Virus record (IMG/VR): IMGVR_UViG_3300031867_000003
Span: 64,001 to 128,000 of that record
From: a virus
Taxonomy: Duplodnaviria; Caudoviricetes
Length of the DNA stretch: 64,000 nucleotides
Strand: one strand, 5' to 3'
Positions 19,314-31,237 of this stretch are shown in pieces; the stretch's first letter is position 1; every line of letters starts with the position of its first letter. The notes under the pieces are model-generated. The model saw only the letters and a program-made list of their open reading frames with translations. It was not told the DNA's origin and ran no database searches. Made by a program: the position numbers and the translations under genes.

Positions 19314-19746
19314 TGACTTCACCGGGTTCTGTAATTACCTGAGTAGAAGCAATAACTTCCTCAGTAGTTGCAGGTTTTTTGTTTTCTTCTACAATCTTTC
19401 TAAGGATTTTAAGCGATTCATCAATCTATGTATCAATCCATTTAATTATATCTTCCTATGATGCTGCTTTATTTAAAATTGGCCATTGCTCGTACACGCG
19501 TTGCACAACTTGTGCCCTCTTAATACTTCCGGCTTTATTCCAAGCTTCATAATCTACTTCTGCATCACTTATGAGTTTTAACATAACTTCTCTAATCTAC
19601 GTTTTAACAATCTCAATTTTTTCTTCATCTGTTTTACCTAAGAAATTTTTAATCTTCGCAATAATTCCAAGTATTAAACCGATACATACTGCAATTGTAG
19701 TCCAATTCGTATTAATAAATTCCAAAAAATTCTGTAATCCCTTCAT
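19306..19746 (-). CDS. Holin-like protein (LL-H type), 3 TAG=Gln
   Basis: MKGLQNFLEFINTNWTTIAVCIGLILG..., N-terminal TM, 'DAEVDY...GSIKRAQV'; GGAGG RBS; ends TGA. Confidence 0.65.
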
Positions 19747-19760
19747 AAATCATTTCCTCC

Positions 19761-20012
19761 TCATCCTACTCCCGGTGGTAATTCATCTGTTTCTTCATTA
19801 TCTTTATTCTTAGTTTTTGTCGTCTTTATCCAGCCTAATATCCCAAATTCACCTAACCCCGCCGCAAATACCGCGGCTATTAAAGAACTCGGTTCCATTA
19901 GACCGCGCTCGACAATATCCAATATTCGAAGTGTGAATAAAATAAGCAGAATCGCGACCAGAATTACCATCACATTTGAAAACTTAATTTTCTTCTTAAT
20001 CTTATTAAACAT
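19761..20012 (-). CDS. Two-TM membrane protein (holin/antiholin candidate)
   Basis: Two hydrophobic helices; located in the lysis cassette. Confidence 0.65.
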   Translation of the reverse strand: MFNKIKKKIKFSNVMVILVAILLILFTLRILDIVERGLMEPSSLIAAVFAAGLGEFGILGWIKTTKTKNKDNEETDELPPGVG

Positions 20013-20025
20013 TCACATCACTTCC

Positions 20026-20592
20026 TTAGATTGGGAACCCCTCTCTTAATCCTCTTTCGTATCTTTCATTTATAATCTTCATAGAAGCGCTTACACGACC
20101 ATTTTCGAGATTGTTTGCTTTTAAGATTCTTTCGTAATTCTAATATTTTTCAATTAAATGAGTATAATTTTCTTCGTCAAAACATTTTCCTTCGCGTACC
20201 TAATTTGCAAATTCAAGAATTGTCCATCGCATATTATCAATAGCTATTTTAGTATCCTCAGCTTCTTTCTTTTCAAACTTCTCTGACAAATTATTAATAG
20301 CTGTCATAACTTCTTTCTGAGAGTCTTCCATACGCTAATTAAACTGCATACGGCATTCTCTGGATTCTTTCTAATCTTGTTTGATTTGATTTATTTCCGA
20401 TTTTATACCGGAGATACTTTCATGCATCTCTCGTTTTTCGCGCATCGATTTTGTTTCTATACCAGTAATTTCCTATATTTTTTTTGCTAATACATATATA
20501 CCTACACCAACTATCGCAAGAATTATTATACCAATTATTAACTCTCGGTAGTTGATCTAAAATACATATTCTAGCATTTCTTGGTCTGGCAT
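20026..20592 (-). CDS. Membrane-anchored coiled-coil lysis-region protein, 6 TAG=Gln
   Basis: GGAGG RBS, MPDQEMLEY..., 'RWTILEFAN*...YERILKANNLENG'; ends TAA. Confidence 0.75.
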
Positions 20593-20607
20593 TAGTCTCA
20601 CCTCCTC

Positions 20608-22212
20608 TCAACTAACTCTAGCAATATACTACGCAGCTACAAAACCATAAATATGTGAATTAACACATATGTATAGCCAATCGGAGCCATCGAGGGCGGT
20701 GACTTTATCACAAACCTCGACCTCATATCCTTTTTCTAACTGAGGCCATGACACAATATTGGCATAAGAATACCCCGGACCCGACCTCACATTAAGATTA
20801 TTATCAATTGATTTGCCGACGTACTGAACCGTTTTGTTGACAGTGTATGTTCCGTCGGCTCGTTGTTTGTTGACTGTTGGAGTTGTTGCGGCTGAAATTA
20901 CAGGTTTAGCGGTAGTAGGTTTAGTAGTGTTGGTTTGTTTGGCGTCTTTTTTTTCTTTAATTAGCTAATCAATCTTTTTCATTGTTTTATTGCCGACGAT
21001 TCCGTCAACTTCAAGGCCATATTTTTTCTGGAACTCAATAACAGCATTATAAGTATGTTCGCCAAATTCACCGTCTTCATCAAGGTTGACATTCATCAGC
21101 TAATTAAGTTTTTTCTATAGATTTTTAACCGCACTGCCGACATCTCCGTACTGGATATCAGAAGAGGACGCCGACACTGTAGTTGTAGCAGTGCCGTTTC
21201 CTACATATCTAAGTACCACATTCCATGGATAATTCCGATAATCGCGGATTAAGATCTCTCGTCCGGTTTGATCGCCCGGTTGTCCGCCGGTTGCCTTCCC
21301 AAGTTCGTTTACACTGGCTTCGACCTCTTTGCCACTACCGCAATACATAGCGACGTGATGTACATGGTTAAGTAATATATCTCCGCGCTACATACCGTTC
21401 CCCGTATTGAGGTTAACAGTGCTAGTAACATCTTTGAAGCCATACTTCAAAAATACTTCATACATATTCCCCGTATACATGGCGCCACCTTTGGATTTAA
21501 CCGGAACGCCGGCTTGTTCCCATGCGGTAATCGTTAAACTGGAACAATCATAATCTCCGCGCTCATTCCAGCGGTATGCCTGATCGTAGCCGTGAGATGC
21601 ATCCCTAGCGACTTTCTCCATAAACGAGATTGCCGATTCAATAATCGCCACTACATTAGTAGTAGCAGCAGTAGTAGTAGTGGTTATCGGTTTTTCGGTT
21701 GAACTCGGTTTACTGATATAGCCAAACGCATCAGTATACCCATTGGCACCGTCGGGAAAACAAAAGAATGTCCATGACGAACCATAGACATTCTTTACCT
21801 TGGTAATATCTTTTTTATACATACTCCGATTTGTAGGAGTAAAAGGTACTCCATTATTGCTTGCGCTTGCGATATCGGATAAGCAATCATACTCATCCAC
21901 GTAGGACGGGAGACTACGATTGCCGTTGAGAATAACGTCCTTCACCGCATTAATTACAGATTGCGGAGCATAATTACCGTTGATATATGGTTTATTAAAC
22001 GATTCAGTCCCATACCAACCGGACTTCACCGTACAATCAAATGGGTTGCTATATTTTTTAGTCTGATACCGTTCGTAATAATTCAACATATGCGATGCAC
22101 ATGCCCGTACACCGGCATCATTGGAACCCTACTCTCGGTAGCAAATATTTGCCAAACCGCGAATTTGGGTTTCTGTAAGGTTATATGATTTTCCTTTATA
22201 TATTTCTGACAT
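20608..22212 (-). CDS. Modular endolysin (putative hydrolase + NlpC/P60 peptidase + PG-binding + SH3), 6 TAG=Gln
   Basis: 'CYRE*GS', 'GYDQ...DYDCSS', '[16 protein letters not shown]', 'VKNL*KKLN...DGEFG...[14 protein letters not shown]', 'LNVRSGPG'; single frame to TGA. Confidence 0.88.
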
Positions 22213-22229
22213 AAGTTTCACCTACCTTA

Positions 22230-25200
22230 TTATCCTAAATCTATAAGCTTACAAGTTGACGTATTAACAGAAGCGGTAAATTTCATGGTAGTAGTCGTCA
22301 ATGTAATCGTTACTCCGCTACCTGTTGCGGTATTAGTGGCGGCACTCCCCGAAACTCCATGAAATGTGTCTAATTTCATATAAAATGTTTGCCCACATTT
22401 AAATATCCAGGCTCCTCTTGCTGCCGTACCGGACGCGGTATTGTACCAAACTACTAACATATATACATGACTAGCGATTAACGTATACTCGGTGTTTTTT
22501 GTTACGTTCATTACTCCTACAGCTGAGAATCTATTTTCACCGGAATCAAACTAAAAACTATCGGCCAATACTCGGCTACTTACTTGTAGAGTTCCTTTTA
22601 TGTATACACTCGTGTCAAGGGGAGTACTATCATATCGTCCTTGTAGGTTTATATCGGATGCATTTATAGACAATATGCTTTTATGCCCAGAATACATAAT
22701 ATTTTCATATTGATCGATGGTAATTCCGCATGTAGGCCGTATATTTGTATACCCGCCATATGTACCGTCAACTTGTGCTTCCTAAAAATTAGTACCAATA
22801 GCAAGTGTCCTCTGGTATCCGGTTCCGGTGACACGAAGAGCGTTTGCTCTTATACAATCGAAAGATTCCCCTTTCATATTGGAACTTTCCCCCTCGGCAG
22901 GATATCCCTTAATTCTTACAGCCCTGGTAACTGTAATATTATCCGCAGAAGCCGATCTCATCCAAACAGTTCCGCTACGTTGTACGCCGAAAGTATTTCC
23001 TATTGCAAGTCTTATATGCTCATAAGTGCCGATACCAATAGTTCTCGTTATATCTGTACTTCCAAAATAGATACCGGTATCTGCATTATTGTTTCTGGGG
23101 TCTCCGGTATATATACCGCCGGAGTCAATTGTCATACCGCCAATTTTACCGGATGTACTATATAATGCCCCGGCACTCGTAACACCAAAAGTATTGCCGG
23201 ATGTAAATACCCAACCGGATATACTATCAGAGCCGCCGATAGAAGCTTTTGCACTAGAACCCCCGGGAATTAAAAAAGCACTTTTGGTAGCGCCTACTTT
23301 GTCGTTAGTATTAACAACGTATGACAGTTCGCCAGCTTTTATTGTCCAACCGCCAATCTTACCAGAAGTGCTATACATTGCTCCAGTACTTGTTACGCCA
23401 AATGTATTACCCAAGGTTAACGTCCATCCAGATATACTACCTGAACTACCGATGTTCGCCGATCCAGATGAACCTCCAGGAATTAAATATGCACTATTAC
23501 TATGTCCCAAACTATATGTACTATAATGTAAGTCTCCGGTTCCTATTGTCCAACCGCCAATACTGCCTCCCGTCGCAGTGATATCACCGAATATTACCGC
23601 ATTATTAGCATAAACAATTCCGGTGTTATCAATGCCGAAATTACTTCCGACGGAAACTCTTAAACCGGTTATGCTAAGACCATTAATTGTTCTACTAAAG
23701 TCGGTAGTAGACAGTCTTAGCGCTCCACTAGCGGTTGATGTTTTTGTTTTGCTAAATATAGAATCAGCATCAATCGAGAAACCACCAATTTCTCCAGTTG
23801 ACGCATTAATCTCTCCGGACACGGTAACATTTGCCGCATATAAATGACCATCATATGTAACGCCAAAATTTGATCCCGCAGTAATTGCCCAGGTCGAAAT
23901 GCTACTCGACCCGGCAATACTTGCCGGGCTACTCGCGCCGCCAGGTATTAGGAATATTCCGCTCGTTCCTAAAGTAGCACCAGAGGCACTGCTAGAATAA
24001 CCATACAGCTTATTACCTGTAATAATCCAGTTGCCGATTCTGCCCGCCGTGCTGTATATTCTACCTACGTTATCCACGCCGAAACTATTATCAATTGCAA
24101 TTGCCCATGTATTATCTATTGATCCACCAACATTGGCATTTTCAACATAATATCCTGACGGGCTTAAAATCATGCTCCTGCTAGAGCCTAAATTCCCTTT
24201 TTTTATATAATTAGAAGAAATGTCCCAGCCTGCAATTTTACCATATGACACATATAGCCCACCGTCGGTATTTACACCAAATGTATTGCGTGAAGTAATT
24301 ACCCATCCGTCCTTTGTAGCGTCAGAGCCTCCTATTGCTGCTTTTCCGGCATTGCCAATTCCCATGTCATTGCTTGATCCGCCTGGAATAAGATAGACGC
24401 TGCCGTTCTATGAATCGGCGAAATTGCCGTACGACAACATTTTTTCGGAGATTGTCCAACCGCCAATCAATCCTTCATTTGCCACTATATAGCCTTCTAT
24501 CCATGAATTGCCTTTAGTGTATAAACCCCATTGATAATCTAATAACGCATCATTTCCGGTTGTTTTATCTTTATATTTTAATTTTCCGAGATTGCCCATT
24601 CGCGCAACAGGAGAGACATCCCTGCCGCCATACACATCAATATATGATAATTTATTATCTCCGTAGGAAGTTAATATCAATCCGACAGGATATGTAGTTT
24701 CGCCCTATACTCCGGTTGGGCAGACTTGATACATCATTATTGCAAATTCATTTAAAACATCTGTTCGATATTGGACCCCCTATGTTAATCTGGAAGCGTT
24801 TTCGATAGTCGCCTTTATTTGCATTGTATGATTGCCGACATTAATAGCAGTAATCATTCCGTCACTCGCACCTAGCACACAAGTATCAATTTTTCCGGAT
24901 AATCTCACTTTTGAACCAACTCGCCAGTCCGCGCCACAAGCCGTCCAATAATTCTGCTGTGTGGAAGAACCGGTGTTGTCTACAATATTAGTTTCATCAT
25001 GTACCGTCAAGGTTACCGTTTTTCCGCTAATAATATTTACCGTAACATCTGTAACGCTACTCTAATATATGGTCGGAGCGACAAGTAATGTACCGCCGAG
25101 ATTTTGCATTGTCATATGTTCACCGAGTGATGTCCATCGGAGATTGCCAATTATATCCACGTCGCCGTCTATTGTTACTTTGTCACCAAAGTTCGACGTG

Positions 25201-25544
25201 TTGTTAACTACTAAATTCTTTGCTTCAATCGTTTCCGGAATTTTTACATTATTCTACAGGTTTAGCCAATATTTATTATTAACAGTGTCTTGTGTTTCAA
25301 ATATTCTACTGGTCATTGCACTATTATTTTTATAATGAAAATCTATTTTTGGGGCGTTATTATATATTCCTATGCCACCGTAAAAATTTGTATTTCCATT
25401 CAACTTGGCATTCCCCGATACGTCCAAATCGGCAACGTCCAAATCATTTATTGTTGTCGTACCGCTTACGGCAATATCATCAAAATATGCCTTTTGTAAA
25501 AATCGCGAAGCACCATTAACAATTAAATTCTTTAGAATAGCCAT
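22230..25544 (-). CDS. Tail fibre/spike-like protein (1104 aa in code 15) with GxIGGW repeats
   Basis: ORFs ending 25254, 24780, 24408, 22782 and 22230 share one frame and are separated by TAG; repeats 'FGVTSTGAMYSTSGKIGGWTI'. Confidence 0.8.
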
Positions 25545-25577
25545 ATAATCCCCCTTTCTCCCTTAGGAGAGGGGAAA

Positions 25578-26078
25578 TTATTCCCGCTCTCCAAGAATTG
25601 CATCAATCATATTAAGTGTGTCGAAGCCGATGCGTTCGTCAATAGTGTCAATATAATCATCAATGTTAACTCCGTTATATTCGTATGTGTTTTGTTCCTT
25701 AAGGATTTCATCAAGTCGAGCATTAAGATCAGAAATTGCCTTCTGATATTCCTCAAGGTACTCATCTTTAACCTGAAGACCGTCTTTCATAACTTCGTTA
25801 CCGTCATCATCCACAACCGGATTGCCGGCTTCGTCAAGTTCCGGTAGCATTGTCTTGTTGGCATGAGTTTCATCAAAGTATACGTCGCGGATTTTCTGGA
25901 GTTCCGCATCTCTGAACTCCTCATACGCCTTTGTATCGCCACTCATTTTTTCAATAGCGCGTTTCAGATTCCACTTAATTTTGAGCGGAAGTTTATCCAT
26001 AGTTTCTTTATTATTAACAAGTTGGTTATAAAATGCTACACAGTTAACAGCCTCAACAACATACAAATTTTTCTTCAT
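25578..26078 (-). CDS. Hypothetical tail-region protein
   Basis: AAGGAG RBS before MKKNLYVV; ORF track. Confidence 0.7.
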   Translation of the reverse strand: MKKNLYVVEAVNCVAFYNQLVNNKETMDKLPLKIKWNLKRAIEKMSGDTKAYEEFRDAELQKIRDVYFDETHANKTMLPELDEAGNPVVDDDGNEVMKDGLQVKDEYLEEYQKAISDLNARLDEILKEQNTYEYNGVNIDDYIDTIDERIGFDTLNMIDAILGERE

Positions 26079-26149
26079 AATTATAATTCTCCTTTTCTTC
26101 ATAAATTTACATTCACATAATAATTAATCAATCAATCATCACTCAATCA

Positions 26150-27007
26150 TCACTCAGTTGTTTCGTCTCCATAGACGATATTCATAAATTCATCAATAGC
26201 AGCACTGCCGTCACCACCACCTTGTCCCGGAGTAGTTCCGATGTGTGGAAGGTTTGCAATCGCCGCACTATACAGTTCGGTATATTTTTCACTAGTCGCG
26301 GAATCAAAATCCATAGCAAATGAATAGCCGGCAACTTCATCCTTGGTAGTAGCACCGTTAATCAGTTCCTTCACTAGGGTAAGCCGGATATTATTAGCGT
26401 TAACAAACTGTTGCATAGCAAGATATACCTTCATAAAATCATCAACCGAGTAGTTAACTCCGTCATACGGCACAGTAGTAATTTTTCCATCACTGGAGAT
26501 AATCACACTATATAAGTTCATAATAGCCATCTGAGAATCCGGACTCATCGAGAACAGTTTAGATCCGGTAGATAATTCCGCATGAACTCCGGTCGTGACA
26601 GTATCGAGATAGTCCGCTTCCGCACGTTTAAGGTAGTAATCCTTTACCTCGGCAAGCGTCATGGTTTCGGGATCGACTACCGGGTTCACGACTTGATCGA
26701 TTCGTTCAATAATCTCCATGAGGTTCGCCTTAGTCAGTGCAACACTCATAGTTTCGGCGAATTTGCCTTCGCCCTCTACATACATACGTCCCAGATACGA
26801 TATCTGAGAGAACCCGTCAAAACACGTAAATGAACCGACTACCGTACCGTCCATATAGATATCGAGGCGCTTAATGTCGGTAAACGCGGATTTCACTGCT
26901 TCAAAATCGGAGCTCTGAACATACAGCACCATATCATTTTTAAACATATTGGAATCCCAACGGGATAATCTGAACGTTGTATTATTAACTCTAGCAGTAA
27001 TAATCAT
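26150..27007 (-). CDS. Tail-associated protein (DUF4376-like, possible chaperone)
   Basis: 'GVHAELSTGSKLFSMSPDSQMAIMNL...DDFMKVY'; start MIITARV follows the upstream stop. Confidence 0.6.
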   Translation of the reverse strand: MIITARVNNTTFRLSRWDSNMFKNDMVLYVQSSDFEAVKSAFTDIKRLDIYMDGTVVGSFTCFDGFSQISYLGRMYVEGEGKFAETMSVALTKANLMEIIERIDQVVNPVVDPETMTLAEVKDYYLKRAEADYLDTVTTGVHAELSTGSKLFSMSPDSQMAIMNLYSVIISSDGKITTVPYDGVNYSVDDFMKVYLAMQQFVNANNIRLTLVKELINGATTKDEVAGYSFAMDFDSATSEKYTELYSAAIANLPHIGTTPGQGGGDGSAAIDEFMNIVYGDETTE

Positions 27008-27008
27008 A

Positions 27009-27695
27009 TTATTCCACCACCTTCCAGCCGGCTGGATATGCTGCCGGACTCCAAACATTGTTGTCGATTGTCGATTCGTAAACAACACCTTCAAAAGTTA
27101 CTTTGTCGCCGGTCATATACGGATTGCCGGCATCGGGCTGTGTCCACTCGGGAATTTCTTCAGTCGGTTCCGGAGTGGGTTCCGGTTCTGGTTCGGGATC
27201 GGGTGTAGGTTCTGGATCTGGAGTTGGTTCCGGAGTCGGCTCGTCGCCACCCTCATCCTCAACAACTTCAAAGTAGTTACCGACTAACGAAGCAGCAGCA
27301 GCATAGAGCGGTTGACCACTGTCTCTCAGACACAAATAAAGGATTCCGTCCTCAGTGTAATAAAGATCCTTGACCACCGTGAGATTTTCATTATACGGAA
27401 TCGGGTCATCAATAGCGCCGCTATGAATTTCGTCAATGCGCTCCCACAGAGAAGCAGTAGCGGTGGACGGTTCCCAACCGGTTTGGCTCGTGTGAGCCTG
27501 ACGGCACTTCCACAGTTCGACCTCTTCGCCGGGTTTATAGCTAACACGTTTGCCTACTTCGTAATCAGTATCTGGTTTCCACCGTTCAACAAATGTTGCA
27601 ACAGACAATGCTGTCTGATCATCAAGAGTTTCAGTTACATATTCGAGGAGCTTGCGAAGTTCCTTTGCTTTAGCTGTAATATTACTCATAGTCAT
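27009..27695 (-). CDS. Carbohydrate-binding (CBM5/12-like) protein with PEPTPD linker
   Basis: 'WKCRQAHTSQTGWEP', 'YMTGDKVTFEGVVYESTIDNNVWSP'. Confidence 0.75.
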   Translation of the reverse strand: MTMSNITAKAKELRKLLEYVTETLDDQTALSVATFVERWKPDTDYEVGKRVSYKPGEEVELWKCRQAHTSQTGWEPSTATASLWERIDEIHSGAIDDPIPYNENLTVVKDLYYTEDGILYLCLRDSGQPLYAAAASLVGNYFEVVEDEGGDEPTPEPTPDPEPTPDPEPEPEPTPEPTEEIPEWTQPDAGNPYMTGDKVTFEGVVYESTIDNNVWSPAAYPAGWKVVE

Positions 27696-27876
27696 CTTCC
27701 TCCTTTGTTTGGTCTAAATCTCCCATAATGGTATTAGTGAACATGTTTAATTCATCTGCCTGTTTTGCAACAAGCTATTTTAATTCTTCATTTTCAGCCC
27801 TTAGATTTAACATCATTACACGTTCCTTCGGCGACATTGTTCTGGGCTGATAAAAAATCTTTCCGTTGCTACTCAT
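27682..27876 (-). CDS. Small coiled-coil protein, 1 TAG=Gln
   Basis: MSSNGKIFYQPRTMSPKERV...EELK*LVAKQ; ends TAA. Confidence 0.5.
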
Positions 27877-28906
27877 AATATTTCATCCTTTCATCATACC
27901 AATGTTGTAACTTTGTTATTAGCTAATGATTATTTCCCTTGCTCATAAATGACAATCTCGCGGTTTTACTATCCTCTATACATTGTTTCGTCCGTTCGCC
28001 TTTGGCGTACATTTTCATTAGCTTTTTCAGAATATATTTAAACTCCCTAACCGATTGACTTCGCGGGAACTATAACACCTTGCCCGTGTCAGTCACTCTC
28101 CACTAAAATCCTATGAACTCAATTCCTTTGGCTAGAGTAGTAATATGTGTCTTGTCTTCATGAGGAGTTAAACATAATTTATCCAATTCTTTTGTGATCT
28201 CATCCAGACAATACTTTAAATATTCTTTATCCTCATGAATCAGAACCATGTCATCCATAACACGAATATAATCTTTGATATGAAGTTTCTCTTTAATAAA
28301 ATGATCGAGACCGTCAAGCAGACTTATACCGGCAATTTGTACCATTTGACTTCCCGGATTATATCCGGTATCACCTTCATACTATGCGTCGAGAATTTGC
28401 GCCACAATTTCATACGCATCCGGTTCTAATTTTTTACGAAACATTTCCTTTACAATATTATGCTTCATTGACGGATAATATTTCTTTATATCAATTTGCA
28501 AAATATACCCGTCGGTTCCATGGTTAATGTAAAAGCGTCGAAGTTGCTTGCGGAATAAATCCAAGCAATAATCTATTCCTTTACCTATTTGACATGCGCC
28601 ATTCTCTTTAATAAACGATTTTGACATTGTCGGATATAATATCTTGTCATTAAGTGTTCTCTGCCAGACTCTGTCTCGATATGATATTGCCAAGATATCT
28701 CTTGGTTTTGGTTTTGTTACCTAGAAAGAAACAGGAGCTTGAGACTTATATTCACCACTTTTCAGTTCATTGGAAAGCTATAGGATTTCTTCAAATCCGT
28801 GGAGTGAAAATCTCGCAACAGAGTCCTTCCATATGACTCCTTGTTGCGCTTTTAAATGACTTTCATATAAAGCCTCAAAACTCATGACTTCTTCGATTGC
28901 ATTCAT
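27794..28906 (-). CDS. DGR reverse transcriptase (370 aa in code 15; 7 TAG)
   Basis: AGGAGG RBS; 'KPRDI...YRDRVWQR', 'ACQIGKG', 'LQIDIKKYYPS', 'GYNPGSQMVQ', 'YIRVMDD', 'IEFIGF'. Confidence 0.93.
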
Positions 28907-29081
28907 AAATACAACCTCCTTTTTCTTGCTGTAATAGTGCGGCCGGTTCACCGACAACACATCAGCAAAATATTGTTTAGTATGGGAGTACCGCACCCAC
29001 ACAGGGTTATAAACTCCTTGCAACCGGGATTCTTCATTCTGCGACATATACGCATGTATTTTTATAAAATCCCGTCTCCAA

Positions 29082-29184
29082 TCGACAGCGAGGCGATTAG
29101 CGTTGTTCGGGTTATTGTTGTTCACATTACCAGACGAGTTCACATTACCCTCGTTATTGTTCCCGAGCCATGCCGAGCGAACCC
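29082..29184 (-). repeat. DGR template repeat (TR)
   Basis: 103-nt AAC/AAT-rich copy of the VR; all 17 differences from VR are at TR adenines. Confidence 0.97.
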
Positions 29185-29220
29185 GCCCCAGCACATTAAT
29201 AGCTTATAACCCAAATATAA

Positions 29221-29670
29221 TTATTTTAAGTTCTTGTACCTCTTGTAGTCATTGTCTTTCCATCGTTGTAACTGATTGCGCACCAGAACTGTTTGCTGCG
29301 TCCAATAAGTATACCGTTTTGGCGGTAGGTGAAAAATTGGTGCGCTCAGTTCTATAAGTGCAAGAAGTTCATTGCATTTTGAAGTACTTTTGTCTTGCAA
29401 ATTTCTTCTATGCCGATAATTATTCTTATTCAGAAACGTGGAGTTTGCAGAATATGCACTCATATATAAATCCAGTACCGTTTCGCGGATCTTTGCGACC
29501 AGTTCCGGCTGTGGTGGATTTTTCTTATCCTTTTCTGCGTCACCACAAGGTACAACCTTAAAATTATTGTTGTTCTATAAAATCGTCAGAGTATAAACGC
29601 ATAATTTTTTCGCGTTTATCAAACCTTCAAGTTGCGATTCGTTACGTTGTTCCTTAGGTACATTTGACAT
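29221..29670 (-). CDS. avd: DGR accessory variability determinant (Avd-like), 1 TAG
   Basis: 149-aa basic helical protein between VR and TR; 'MSNVPKEQRNES...ANS...RRNLQ...W...D.KRY'. Confidence 0.85.
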
Positions 29671-29701
29671 TGTTTTAGTCCTCCTTTTATTCCTAGAAAA
29701 A

Positions 29702-29723
29702 TAGGCACTCTTACGAGCGCCTA
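29702..29723 (-). other. DGR target-recognition hairpin downstream of VR
   Basis: TAGGCGCTC-GTAA-GAGTGCCTA just after the target stop codon. Confidence 0.75.
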
Positions 29724-29737
29724 TTAATGATTATTGA

Positions 29738-31237
29738 TTATATAATTGCGCAAGCGACAGCGAGGCGAATAGCGTAGTACGGGTAATTGCCGTTCACATA
29801 ACCAGACGAGTACACAAAACCCTCGAAAACGCTCCCGAGCCAAGCCGAGCGAACCCAATATGTTTGTGCAGAAGTAGTAGCATTTACCTAATATTTTTTT
29901 AACACCTCATATGTTCCGCTTGCCACGGTCTCTTCACTTTCAAGCAGTTCTTTATAATACTGGAACGGAGTCCCGTCCACCGTTGATATATTAGTAGCAT
30001 TCTTCAAATTCATTTCATGATGTGACGGCATCCAGAATTTATCATATGTATAATCAGTTCCACCGCCCATATAATTAGGCTCTTTTGTGGTAATCTTAAT
30101 CGGATGAATAGCGTTAACCAGATCACTGGATATATAGCTCTCAAATCCTAATTTATTATCATATCCGCTCGGCATTACATCACATTCGTGTTGTGCTTGC
30201 CACCATCCAGTTCCGGAATTATTTAGGTATTGCCTAGCACAACTATACTTCCAACTATTTGTTCCATAGCGAATAGCGTTAACCTAGTTCCATAATGTTA
30301 CAAACACCTTGTCATAATCTTCGTATGGAATAGTATCACCGACACTCAGATTAAGCGCGGTATATACGGTACCTTCTGCCGTATATCCATAGTAATAATG
30401 ACCGGCAGACGCTGTTTGCTCAGTAGCTTCAGTTTGTTCCGGCGCGTCAAATATCACTGTATCATGGTTTAAATATTCCATTATGAGAATTGGCACATTA
30501 TCGTAAGTTGTGCCGTCCTAAAGTTCCACTGTCTAAAAATCTGCCACAATCCACGGATTGGCATATTCAGTAGTACCAATTGTATACGTGTCGTTAATTA
30601 CGTCACCTACATTAAAATATTCATTTGCCCTACCGGTTTTTGCCACTTGTATCATCTTTTCCCAGGTGTCGGGAATAATATCCGCAACCGTTACCGGCTA
30701 AATAGCAGTCAGAACATACGGCTCTGTCCCGGTATATGTAAGAGTTACGTTTTGTGAACCCAGCGTTGACAGAATTGCAGGAGTAGCTGTATATTCGTTA
30801 TCCGATAAAATTCGTGTTTCACCGGTACTCCAAATCAGGGTTACTACCATACCGGTTTTATCAAATGTATTTCCGACTTCATATTCGGTTTGCGTTGGCG
30901 GAGTAGTCACAGTGATTGCGGTAGGGTAGGAGATATCCGGCAACTCAGCCACGCCATTATTTACCACGCTTACTCCACCAATTGTTACGTCCGAAATAGT
31001 TCCGTCCTATATAGCCTATATAGCATCACCCGTAGCCTTAGCATCGGCAGCTTGCCCGGTAGTACTCAGTGTAGCGTCAATATCTGGTGCTAAATTATTA
31101 ATTAACGTTTTAAGAACGGCACCGGTTACTTTCCGGCTGCCGCTCGTTGTTTCTATCATAAACACATCCGCATCATTAATTGTCGAGGCGGCTGTGAGAT
31201 TAGTTATCTTTTTTACTCCGTTTACCTTAATAGACAA
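29738..31237 (-). CDS. DGR target protein: Ig-like domain + C-terminal DUF6273/CLec-like domain (499 aa, several TAG)
   Basis: Single frame; 'ITVTTPPTQTEYEVGNTFDKTGMVV' (Big-like); ends 'YWVRSAW...RLAVACAII'. Confidence 0.9.
29754..29856 (-). repeat. DGR variable repeat (VR)
   Basis: Colinear with TR; encodes the last ~34 aa of the target. Confidence 0.97.

Noticed and set aside
27160-27245. CRISPR array or DNA-level tandem repeat
   Set aside because: It encodes a Pro-Glu-Pro-Thr linker. No repeat-spacer array was found in the window.
28778-29194. ORF 'MLGRVRSAWLGNNNEG...' as a separate gene or RT N-terminus
   Set aside because: It is the open TR read in frame; the RT has its own AGGAGG RBS and ATG at 28906.
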